From Methanosarcinaceae archaeon (GTDB taxonomy: Archaea; Halobacteriota; Methanosarcinia; Methanosarcinales; Methanosarcinaceae): a stretch of 24,000 nucleotides of DNA. The notes beneath the pieces were generated by a model, which did not search any database, was not told the origin of the DNA, and saw only the letters and a program-made list of their open reading frames with translations. Positions within the stretch are counted from its first letter, which is position 1. Every line of letters begins with the position of its first letter. Below, one piece after another: positions 8,656 through 16,528 of this stretch. The position numbers and the translations under genes are program-made. The stretch is from NCBI GenBank assembly GCA_020055655.1, contig JAIPUR010000014.1, positions 11,407 through 35,406 on the forward strand, in the 5' to 3' direction.

Positions 8656-9245
8656 TGCAAACTAATGATTTCAATCTTGATGATTTTGGAATATATGAAG
8701 GAATATCTGAAACGATTGTTACTACTACAAAAGGCTGGACACCTAATGCGGCCCCTATGGGAATCATTAGAAAGAAAGATAAAGCATTTATTCGTCTTTT
8801 CAAAGGCTCTACAACCTATGAAAATGTGGTTTCCAGCAAAATGCTTGTAGCTAATATCAGCAACGATCCTTTATTATTTGCACTTTCAACCTTTACAGAT
8901 CTGGAAGATGAATATTTTCAAAGCATTAGTTTTGACGGGCTTACCATCTCAAGCTTAAAAGAAGCACAGAGCTGGGTGTTATTTGAATGCGTCAACACAA
9001 AGCTGACATCTGAAGCTTTTGTAGCGGAGATCGTGCCAAAACGTGCGCATATCAATAGATGCATAATAAAAGCAGCAAATCGTGCTTTTTTCAGTGTTAT
9101 CGAAGCTTGTGTTCATGCAACCAGATATAAATTGACAGGTGACGATAAATACCTCAAACTCATAAAAGCTTACGGAGATATTGTGGAAAAATGTGGCGGA
9201 GAAGCAGAAAAGGATGCGATGCATATTATCTATGAATGCCTCTGA
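8655..9245 (+). CDS. DUF447-like protein (putative FMN-binding split-barrel fold)
   Basis: 196 aa. N-terminal ETIVTTT...PNAAPMGI matches my memory of DUF447. Its start overlaps the CitG-like stop (TAATG, 1-nt overlap), which indicates translational coupling. Confidence 0.65.
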   Translation: MQTNDFNLDDFGIYEGISETIVTTTKGWTPNAAPMGIIRKKDKAFIRLFKGSTTYENVVSSKMLVANISNDPLLFALSTFTDLEDEYFQSISFDGLTISSLKEAQSWVLFECVNTKLTSEAFVAEIVPKRAHINRCIIKAANRAFFSVIEACVHATRYKLTGDDKYLKLIKAYGDIVEKCGGEAEKDAMHIIYECL

Positions 9246-9303
9246 ATTTTTCTGCCCCCTTCCTAAGCAGAAAATATAATAAACAGAAAATCTTTTTTCG
9301 AGC

Positions 9304-10011
9304 ATGACAAAGACCATTGCCTGGGGACTTACCGGTGCCGGACATTTTCTGGAAAGAAGTTTTACCGTATTCAGAAATCTAAAATTTGAAAATGAGCATA
9401 TCAGGATTAACACGTTCTTATCCAGCGCAGCAGAAGAGGTCATTCGAATGTATGGTCTTGAAGATGAGCTTGATTCAATATCAAATGGCGATTATCTTGA
9501 AGAGATATTTCTTGAAACTAAGCAAGGAAAGAGCTGGCCAAAAACCGGACGTTTTCTGCTTGATAAATATGATGCACTTGTCATAAGTCCCGCAACTTCT
9601 AATAGCGTATCCAAAATCGCTTACGGCACAGCAGACTCACTTGTAAGCAATGCTGTTTCACAGGCAGTGAAAGGCGGAGTTCGTGTGTTTGTTGTACCGG
9701 TTGATATTGCAGGAGTGGTCATTTCAGAATTACCCTTTGCAATTGACAGAGAGATGTGCCAGAAATGTGTTGATTGCCCCCCACGTAAGGAATGTCCATA
9801 TAATGCTATAGCAGAACAGATAGAGCTTTTAAAATGCACAGGATGCGGAATTTGCAAGGACCTTTGTAGCTATGGTGCGATAAAAGGAGGACCTGTGAAA
9901 CTTAGGGTGAGAGATGTTGATACACGTAATGTTGAGATAATGAAAGATCTTGAAGGTATCACTGTGCTTGAAGAACCAGAAGACATTATTGATGCTATCG
10001 AAAATCTATGA
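9304..10011 (+). CDS. dmrX: Archaeal dihydromethanopterin reductase, DmrX type (flavoprotein plus 2x[4Fe-4S] ferredoxin domain)
   Basis: The N-terminal flavoprotein domain has ISPATSNSVSKIAYGTADSLV (HFCD/AfpA-like). The C-terminal domain has CQKCVDCPPRKECP and CTGCGICKDLC. This architecture matches the iron-sulfur flavoprotein characterised as DmrX in Methanosarcina mazei. Confidence 0.78.
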   Translation: MTKTIAWGLTGAGHFLERSFTVFRNLKFENEHIRINTFLSSAAEEVIRMYGLEDELDSISNGDYLEEIFLETKQGKSWPKTGRFLLDKYDALVISPATSNSVSKIAYGTADSLVSNAVSQAVKGGVRVFVVPVDIAGVVISELPFAIDREMCQKCVDCPPRKECPYNAIAEQIELLKCTGCGICKDLCSYGAIKGGPVKLRVRDVDTRNVEIMKDLEGITVLEEPEDIIDAIENL

Positions 10012-10049
10012 ATGAAGATGACATTATTGATTTCTGAATATTTACTGGA

Positions 10050-10718
10050 TCATATGCCAATTCTTTTTCCAATCTTCTTTTTTTGACCTGCGAAAAACTG
10101 TTTAATAACGAACATGAATGGGGTTTTTTTACCATGGGCACTGGTTTTTCCCTCACGTATGGCATCCAGCACAGCTTCGACACTCCGCTCAGAAGCATCG
10201 ATCTCCGCATAACACCTACCGATCATTTGGGCTTCATGCGCATCACTTCCACCAACCATGGTAAATCCCATATCTTCTGCAGCCTTATGTGCCTTCTTAT
10301 TAGGCCCATCTGTCATGCATCGGGAATTTAGAACTTCCACAGCATCAGCTTTGAGACCTTCCAGATAGCCAATACCATGCGATGTTAGTTTAAAGGGATG
10401 GGGGATAACTACCACAGCACCTTGTGCACGAGCTTTTTCTATTGTTTCTTCCGGACTAAGACCTGGTTCAATGAGCTCACTGACACCAAGTACAAGAATA
10501 TGACCTTTTGATGATGTGACTTCCAGCCCCGGAATCACTATTTGTTTGGAACCTATTTCCTTTGCTCTTTTTACGCATTCTATCCCACCCTTGGTAGAAT
10601 CATGATCGCAGATAGCAAAACCATCCAGACCATTTTTTGTGGCATGCTCCAGAATATCATCAAGGTCTGCATTACTATCTTTAGAAAAGCATGAATGCAC
10701 ATGGAGATCGAATTTCAT
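10050..10718 (-). CDS. PHP-domain metal-dependent phosphoesterase
   Basis: MKFDLHVHSCFSKDS and AICDHDS, with later H/D ligands (IPHP, GGSDAHE), are typical of PHP. I prefer the ATG at 10718; the track start at 10751 adds 11 residues. Confidence 0.8.
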   Translation of the reverse strand: MKFDLHVHSCFSKDSNADLDDILEHATKNGLDGFAICDHDSTKGGIECVKRAKEIGSKQIVIPGLEVTSSKGHILVLGVSELIEPGLSPEETIEKARAQGAVVVIPHPFKLTSHGIGYLEGLKADAVEVLNSRCMTDGPNKKAHKAAEDMGFTMVGGSDAHEAQMIGRCYAEIDASERSVEAVLDAIREGKTSAHGKKTPFMFVIKQFFAGQKKKIGKRIGI

Positions 10719-10922
10719 GATGTGAAATAAGCCCTGAAAATTTATAAACATTCTTAAAGAAGAAAATAAGAATGATTTTGAGCGAACGGGAAAATAGAAG
10801 TTGGGTTGTTGGGTGGTTGGATTGATGGTACTTTAGAGGAGTTACCCGTTCGCAATAGTACAAACGACTTTTGTGTATTTAAATGTGGCGGATACTATAA
10901 AAGTCGCTCTAAATAAATATAG

Positions 10923-12188
10923 TCAGTTATCGTCCAAATATTTGGATGATAAGATAAGTGCCTTATTTATAATACGATCCATTGCCTCCAAATCAATTTC
11001 TATATTCTCAGAATACACAATATTATGAACTACAGCTCTATCAAAAAGCCAGGAGACCATAGACATCCCTTCCTCGTTCATTGGAAGAACTATGCTGGTT
11101 CGTTCCCATTTAGGTAAGTGTTTTCGTAACTCATCTTTGAGCATGTCCAGGCCAAAAGCTGTTTTCGCAGATACTGCAACAGGATTTGGTGCCAGGTATC
11201 CAAGACCTGATATGCGTTCATAAAGTTCTTCCGCAGTTATCTTGTCAGCTTTATTAAAAACGGTTACTATTGCTGCATCAAGCAATTCATCCCACATTGT
11301 TTCATGGCAGACCAGAAGTTTATTGCGGATAGATTCTAAAGGTTCACTGGAATCGACTGTAAGAAGAACAATATCAGCCAGGAATATCTCATTAAGTGTT
11401 GAGCGGAAAGCATCTACCATCCAATGCGGGAGATCCTCAATAAAACCTACTGTATCAGTAAGAAGAACATCCCTGCCCATTACTTTCAGGAATCGGGTTG
11501 TTGGCACAAGAGTTGTGAAAAGCATATCCTTTACAGTTGTATTTTCTTCCACCAGAGCATTGAACAATGTGCTTTTTCCTGCATTTGTATAACCGGCGAG
11601 AGTTACAAGAGAAAAGCCCATTGATTGACGGTGTTCGCGTAAAGAAACACTATCCTTCTCCATGCTCTTCAATTCTTTTTTAATACGACTTATCCGACCT
11701 TTGATGTCCCGTTCATAGGAATCTTCGTATCCACCAAGACCCATAAAGCCCGGCCTTTCTTCCTTTTTCAAAAGAGATACAATAGTCTTTGCCTTTGGAA
11801 GTTCATATTCCAGACGTGCAAGTTCAACCTGTAATTTGGAGCGGGCAGTGGTTGCACGGGTTGCAAATATCTCCAGGATCAACTGGAACTTATCCATCAC
11901 TTGGCAACTACATGTCTCTGAAATATTATAGATCTGGGTTGTTGATAGCTGATTATAGAATATGATCTTATCAGCATTATTTTCCTGAACCAATTCTGCC
12001 AGTTCATCGACTTTACCCCTGCCAACTTGATATTTTCTGCCTGGATGTCTGGTCTGAGTCATCTCAGCAATTACATTATATCCTGCAGAGTCAGCCAGAT
12101 GTTTTAATTCAAGCAACTGTCTATCATTGCTTTCCCCATCGCTTCGAGGATCATTTCTCTTAACCAGAATAGCATTTTTCATAAGCAA
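10923..12188 (-). CDS. hflX: GTPase HflX
   Basis: 421 aa. HflX-type N-terminal domain, followed by G1 GYTNAGKSTLFNAL, G3 DTVGFI and G4 NKADK. Confidence 0.9.
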   Translation of the reverse strand: MLMKNAILVKRNDPRSDGESNDRQLLELKHLADSAGYNVIAEMTQTRHPGRKYQVGRGKVDELAELVQENNADKIIFYNQLSTTQIYNISETCSCQVMDKFQLILEIFATRATTARSKLQVELARLEYELPKAKTIVSLLKKEERPGFMGLGGYEDSYERDIKGRISRIKKELKSMEKDSVSLREHRQSMGFSLVTLAGYTNAGKSTLFNALVEENTTVKDMLFTTLVPTTRFLKVMGRDVLLTDTVGFIEDLPHWMVDAFRSTLNEIFLADIVLLTVDSSEPLESIRNKLLVCHETMWDELLDAAIVTVFNKADKITAEELYERISGLGYLAPNPVAVSAKTAFGLDMLKDELRKHLPKWERTSIVLPMNEEGMSMVSWLFDRAVVHNIVYSENIEIDLEAMDRIINKALILSSKYLDDN

Positions 12189-12210
12189 TTAAATAATATT
12201 GATTTTAGCA

Positions 12211-12600
12211 TTAAACATTCTGTTCTTTGAGGAGAAGTTTACGTGAACTTAGTGATACATGATGAGCGATCTCAATACATCGCCTTTCACCCAATGATTC
12301 CTGATATTTGAACTTTCCCTGAAACATACTGTTTATAAGCCATTGTGGCTTGTTGTACATATCACCAGCTTCTGTTACTATGGTCCCGGTAAAATCAAGG
12401 CCTGAAATTGTATCTTCGATCATTTTTACGACCATAGGAACATCAGGGGCATTTTTACTTCTAAATGACCTGATGTTGATCTGATTCACCTTTTCAACAT
12501 GATGAGCAGTTATCGATGCAGCAACTGCTGCACAGACCATTAAATACTGACCATTTTCTTTATGCCTACCTGAGATATCAACGGCGATAATGTCAAACAT
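12211..12600 (-). CDS. Conserved archaeal hypothetical protein (129 aa)
   Basis: Clean ORF placed tightly between endA (54-nt gap) and hflX (22-nt gap) on the same strand. N-terminus MFDIIAVDISGRH. No family recognised with confidence. Confidence 0.6.
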   Translation of the reverse strand: MFDIIAVDISGRHKENGQYLMVCAAVAASITAHHVEKVNQINIRSFRSKNAPDVPMVVKMIEDTISGLDFTGTIVTEAGDMYNKPQWLINSMFQGKFKYQESLGERRCIEIAHHVSLSSRKLLLKEQNV

Positions 12601-12654
12601 CTGTTGAAAAAAGCAACGGTATCCTATATAAGAGTATAAGGAAAGAAAGCAAGA

Positions 12655-13722
12655 TCACATCTTGATCCTGCCAATATCGACATATGAAGTACCATTTCGC
12701 TCCTCAACTGCATAAAGCATTCTTTTTCTCACACTGTTTGCAAGTCTTATTGCTCTTGACATTACAGGCAATGCAAAAACCGTATCTTTAGGAATACCAT
12801 GCACAAGATATCCAGAATGAGGGATCTTTCCTTTTGAAGTGACTTGATCATAAACCCTGAAATGGGTACCGAATTTGAATCCTGTTTTTGGTACGAATCC
12901 TTTATCGCGCAGGTCAGAATATGCCCTGAGTTTATTCATGAAATCAGGTTCTATAGAAGATGCTATTTCAGAAAATAAATCTAGATCGAGAAGGGAATCA
13001 TCTCTGCTATTCTCGACCTCTATCAGTCCTTTGCTTAAAAGGTAAGCTGATTCCACAAGTGAAAGTTGTAAACGTTCTTCATCCAGAGCTTTTCCGAAAA
13101 AACCGTTCTGATTAAGATATTCGGATGAAGCTGAATCCCAAACAAGTACGCGATCTTCAAGAAGGCTGGAACTTATAGCCTTTTCAGGAACGGGATTTGC
13201 ATCCACCTTTCCTTTCATTTTTACGTTCTTCACTTCATAATAGGTCAGATCACTTTCTTCATCAACTATGGCAAGAATCATCTGTTTGCGCACATTCGTG
13301 GCAGCATTCAAGGATGTTAAAAGGTCTGTAAGCGGCATAGGGATACGTTCTGAACGAACGTAAACAAAACTCTTTGCAGGAGTCTTACCAGGATGTCCAC
13401 CACGGGGATAAACTCTAAAATCGGTTACGCTGGACTGAACATAAAAACCCCTTTCTTTGAGGTCTTTGTAGACTATGTACTTTAATTCAAAGTACTGCTG
13501 CCTCATGGAAGCTTCTTTAAAGAAATCCTCAAATCCAAGTGACTTCCCATCAAGCTCGATATCCAGTTTATTCCTGTAAAGCAGGTGTGCAGCTTCTACA
13601 AATGTTAGTTCCAGACTGTCATCCTTAGGACGGCCATAGTATCCTGTATTGTACAATTCATTGATAGCCTGCTTTTCTGCGATAACGCGGTCATTTACTA
13701 GTTTTCCGATCAAATAGGTCAC
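12655..13722 (-). CDS. endA: tRNA-splicing endonuclease, long two-repeat form
   Basis: 355 aa with an internal duplication. The N-terminal half carries DFRVYPRGGHPG...FVYV and the C-terminal half carries GTHFRVYD...HSGYLVHG...NSVRKRM. The C-terminal half has the Tyr/His/Lys catalytic signature of EndA. The length fits the duplicated type described for Archaeoglobus and Methanosarcinales. Confidence 0.85.
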   Translation of the reverse strand: MTYLIGKLVNDRVIAEKQAINELYNTGYYGRPKDDSLELTFVEAAHLLYRNKLDIELDGKSLGFEDFFKEASMRQQYFELKYIVYKDLKERGFYVQSSVTDFRVYPRGGHPGKTPAKSFVYVRSERIPMPLTDLLTSLNAATNVRKQMILAIVDEESDLTYYEVKNVKMKGKVDANPVPEKAISSSLLEDRVLVWDSASSEYLNQNGFFGKALDEERLQLSLVESAYLLSKGLIEVENSRDDSLLDLDLFSEIASSIEPDFMNKLRAYSDLRDKGFVPKTGFKFGTHFRVYDQVTSKGKIPHSGYLVHGIPKDTVFALPVMSRAIRLANSVRKRMLYAVEERNGTSYVDIGRIKM

Positions 13723-13776
13723 CCGAGTAATATAGGGAAAATAGAACAGAGTGCAGATATCAGGCCTTATATTTAA

Positions 13777-13995
13777 TCATAGTGGATTAATGACAAGAAA
13801 TTCTTCAGGCTTAAGAATTATTTTGTTAATATCATGCCAGGCGATAAGCATGTCTGAGAAATTGTCACCATTTTCTATGAAATGAATTCCAAAATCATCA
13901 AACTCAGTTACTTTTCCGGTTATGTAGTTGGAAGTGCCAAGCTCAATTGTAACCTTTTGATCAATGTATTTCTCTATAATTGAGATATTCATCAT
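13777..13995 (-). CDS. Small hypothetical protein, possibly Sm-like/beta-barrel fold
   Basis: 72 aa. The pattern KVTIELGTSNYITGKVTEFDDFGIHFIENGD...LIAWHDINKII resembles an Sm1/Sm2-like arrangement. It lies upstream of endA on the same strand (54-nt gap). The fold call is tentative. Confidence 0.4.
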   Translation of the reverse strand: MMNISIIEKYIDQKVTIELGTSNYITGKVTEFDDFGIHFIENGDNFSDMLIAWHDINKIILKPEEFLVINPL

Positions 13996-14188
13996 TCCAC
14001 ATCCATGATAATTAGAAGTAACTAAGAGATAATAAATACTACGTTCTAATTAATTTAATATTGATGATTAAATAAGGTCAAAACATTTCTTGCCAATAAT
14101 ACATTCAACATTTAGCAAAATAAATTATTAAACAAATAAAGAACCTGTTTTATAGATTGACGAACAAACATGCAGCGAGGATAATTAT

Positions 14189-14488
14189 ATGACAGAAAAT
14201 CCATTACAAATAATAGAAGACAACGATCCCGACTTTGCTAAACTGCTTGATTATACACTTGACCTTTCATTCGAGGAAGGCACAATGCCAATGAAGTACA
14301 AGCTCCTCATAGCAATGGCGCTTGACGCATCCAAAGGTGCCGAGAATGGTGTAAGGGTGCTTGCAATGCAGGCTCTTGAAGCTGGTGCAACCAAAGAAGA
14401 GATTATGGAAGCTGTAAGAATAACGAATTTTATTGCTGGCGTAGGAGGAGCGTACACTGCTGCAAATGCATTAAGGGATGTACTCTAG
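14189..14488 (+). CDS. Carboxymuconolactone decarboxylase (AhpD-like) family protein, lacking Cys and His
   Basis: 99 aa. The core KYKLLIAMALDAS...LEAGATKEEIMEAVRI is typical of the CMD family. SD GAGGA lies upstream of the ATG. Confidence 0.78.
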   Translation: MTENPLQIIEDNDPDFAKLLDYTLDLSFEEGTMPMKYKLLIAMALDASKGAENGVRVLAMQALEAGATKEEIMEAVRITNFIAGVGGAYTAANALRDVL

Positions 14489-14874
14489 AGCCGGACTTAG
14501 AAGCTTCAATGTTAAAATAAAATTGTGGGACATTCAGGCATATTCTCATGGATTGAGCAACAAAATATAGTAATTAAGTAATGCTGCAAAGGAAACCCAT
14601 AGCAGATATGGCACAAGTAGAAGTTCTGCACTTTTAGATATATTATGTTAGGCATGCATACCATGCAGAGGTTGTGAACAAAGCACCCATTACTCCCGTG
14701 AACTGATAGAGAAATATAGAAACTATTAGTTTTTCCAGTCGATCATGATATCCTTATTTCACATACCCAGCCCCATAGATATTATTGTCTAGTTGTACAC
14801 ATACATAATGGAACAATACTCTACAATAAATTCCTGTGATTAGGTAAATAAATACGGTATCATGACCGAGATTT

Positions 14875-15531
14875 TTAAACCAAGGATCCCCATGCATCAT
14901 GTATATGCATTGCCTGCATGCCCAGTGACTGCGGCGGGATGATATCATTTTCAGGCGTATCACCAATAGAAATCACCGCACTTGCATCCAGACCAAAGCG
15001 ATCAAGTGCCATTTCAAACATCATTGTACTGGGTTTCTTATAACCCACATCCGATGAAAATAAGATAAAATCAAAATGTTCGTAAAGGCCTAGATATCGT
15101 AGCTCTTTCTCGGAAAAAACACGCTGTCCGTTGGAAACTATGCATTTTGGAATGTCACGGTATTTTTCCAGAATAGCAAGACTCTCCTGGAAAACTGATA
15201 TTTTTCGAAGTGATGATGATCTGAAAAGTTTTGCAGCCTCTATGCCAAGCTCCTTTGCATGAATATCCCAGACATGATTCTCAATGCAAATATCTGCAAA
15301 TATATCCTCGACCTTGACCTCAGGATGCGGCTCTTGAGATCTCCCCATAACTTCCAATATCTTATTGTGATAGGAATCTTTCAATGCATCGGCTTCGATC
15401 ACCACTCCATGATAACGCAACCATTTGCTAAGAGCATCGTAAGTGTAAAAACTGCTCTCATCTGTATCTATATCCACAAGTGTCTGATAACAATCAAATA
15501 TCATTCCTTTTATTGATGAGATCTCAAACAT
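14875..15531 (-). CDS. HAD-superfamily hydrolase, subfamily IA with a DxYxT motif I (2-haloacid-dehalogenase-like)
   Basis: Motif I FDCYQTLVD, motif II IVSNG, motif III GYKKP, motif IV IGDTPENDI. I prefer the ATG at 15531 because AAGGAGG lies 7 nt upstream. The track start at 15570 is less likely. Confidence 0.8.
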   Translation of the reverse strand: MFEISSIKGMIFDCYQTLVDIDTDESSFYTYDALSKWLRYHGVVIEADALKDSYHNKILEVMGRSQEPHPEVKVEDIFADICIENHVWDIHAKELGIEAAKLFRSSSLRKISVFQESLAILEKYRDIPKCIVSNGQRVFSEKELRYLGLYEHFDFILFSSDVGYKKPSTMMFEMALDRFGLDASAVISIGDTPENDIIPPQSLGMQAMHIHDAWGSLV

Positions 15532-16466
15532 TCCATAGCCTCCTTGATAAGATAACTGTAATGTGGGCAATGTGGGTAATCCCTGTGCAACCTCGCTGAT
15601 CTTAGCAGCCCCAGGCTCATAAAAAATGGTAGTGCACGACTTATATGGTAAAAATCATCCTCATTTTCGCTATAATGCCACAGGAAATGCCCGATATATG
15701 GCTCAGCACCCATACCTGAACCTTTGTTGAACTCAAAGTAATTCTTCATTTCAGAACACAGAATACCCAGGTCGCGAACCCTGTTAGCATTATTCCAGGA
15801 ACTCTCAAGATCAAGAGCATAAGCAACGCCTTTATGGAATACATAATTAGAAGGTGTTGCGTCCCTGTGGACCATACATCCATAATTCTGGTCAAGAAGA
15901 GAACTGTGCCACCATCTTCCAAGCAACTTATTGAAAATCTGCCTTGTATTATGATCGAGTTTTAAGTGATCTAGCACACTATGGAAGTTCGCAAACTCAT
16001 TATCCCGATAATAAAAACCTTTTGTGTTATCATGTAAGCCGCGCATCAGATGGGCAACCGATATTAGCCGATCATACAAACACCACTCTGTTCCAAGATA
16101 CCAGGACAGAGATTTTCCAGAAACGTATTCTGTCACCAGAGCACAATTGAAGTGACCACTTGTTGCAATAGGTCTTGCTATGTTTATGAACGATTCAACC
16201 CTCTTGAGATTATTGTATTCATTCATCATAGCGCTATACGCATTGTAACGCTTCATTCTTCCATGAGGTTCTGCAAAGAACTTGACCATAACACTGTATT
16301 TTTCCCCCCTGAACTTGTATCTACATACAGTATGAGATGATGGAGCATACTTGAAAACATCTACTTCACAGCATTTGTTTTTTATCCTGCTATCAAGTAA
16401 CCATACGAGCCAATCCCTGAATACATCCCCCGGGTACAACGTGTTCACATAATATTTCAAAATCAT
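15510..16466 (-). CDS. Protein-kinase-like fold phosphotransferase (APH/choline-kinase/Kdo-kinase-like), function unknown
   Basis: 318 aa. Candidate ATP-binding Lys in YSVMVKFF, catalytic loop HRDATPSN (HxDxxxxN), and a metal-binding Asp in ALDLES. Its 3' end overlaps the HAD gene start by 22 nt. Confidence 0.68.
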   Translation of the reverse strand: MILKYYVNTLYPGDVFRDWLVWLLDSRIKNKCCEVDVFKYAPSSHTVCRYKFRGEKYSVMVKFFAEPHGRMKRYNAYSAMMNEYNNLKRVESFINIARPIATSGHFNCALVTEYVSGKSLSWYLGTEWCLYDRLISVAHLMRGLHDNTKGFYYRDNEFANFHSVLDHLKLDHNTRQIFNKLLGRWWHSSLLDQNYGCMVHRDATPSNYVFHKGVAYALDLESSWNNANRVRDLGILCSEMKNYFEFNKGSGMGAEPYIGHFLWHYSENEDDFYHISRALPFFMSLGLLRSARLHRDYPHCPHYSYLIKEAMECLRSHQ

Positions 16467-16490
16467 ATCCCCACTAATTTACAATAATCA

Positions 16491-16528
16491 AATATTCAGA
16501 TATGATAAATTACACAATACTGAATATT
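16491..16528. promoter_or_regulatory. Perfect 9-bp inverted repeat in the kinase-operon upstream region
   Basis: AATATTCAG-(20 nt)-CTGAATATT, located 25-62 nt upstream of the ATG at 16466. It brackets an AT-rich TATA-like stretch (minus strand aatttatcatat). It could be an operator or a 5' leader hairpin. Confidence 0.3.

Noticed and set aside
10782-10853. 72-nt segment closed by a 9-bp stem, tRNA-sized
   Set aside because: Neither strand has a D-arm GG, a T-loop (GTTCRAATC-like) or cloverleaf pairing. It is not a tRNA. I kept it only as a possible structured spacer element.
14754-14966. 70-aa minus-strand ORF overlapping the 3' end of the HAD gene
   Set aside because: It is out of frame with the HAD gene it overlaps and has no motifs or SD. 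It is probably spurious, although the non-coding region it extends into is flagged separately.
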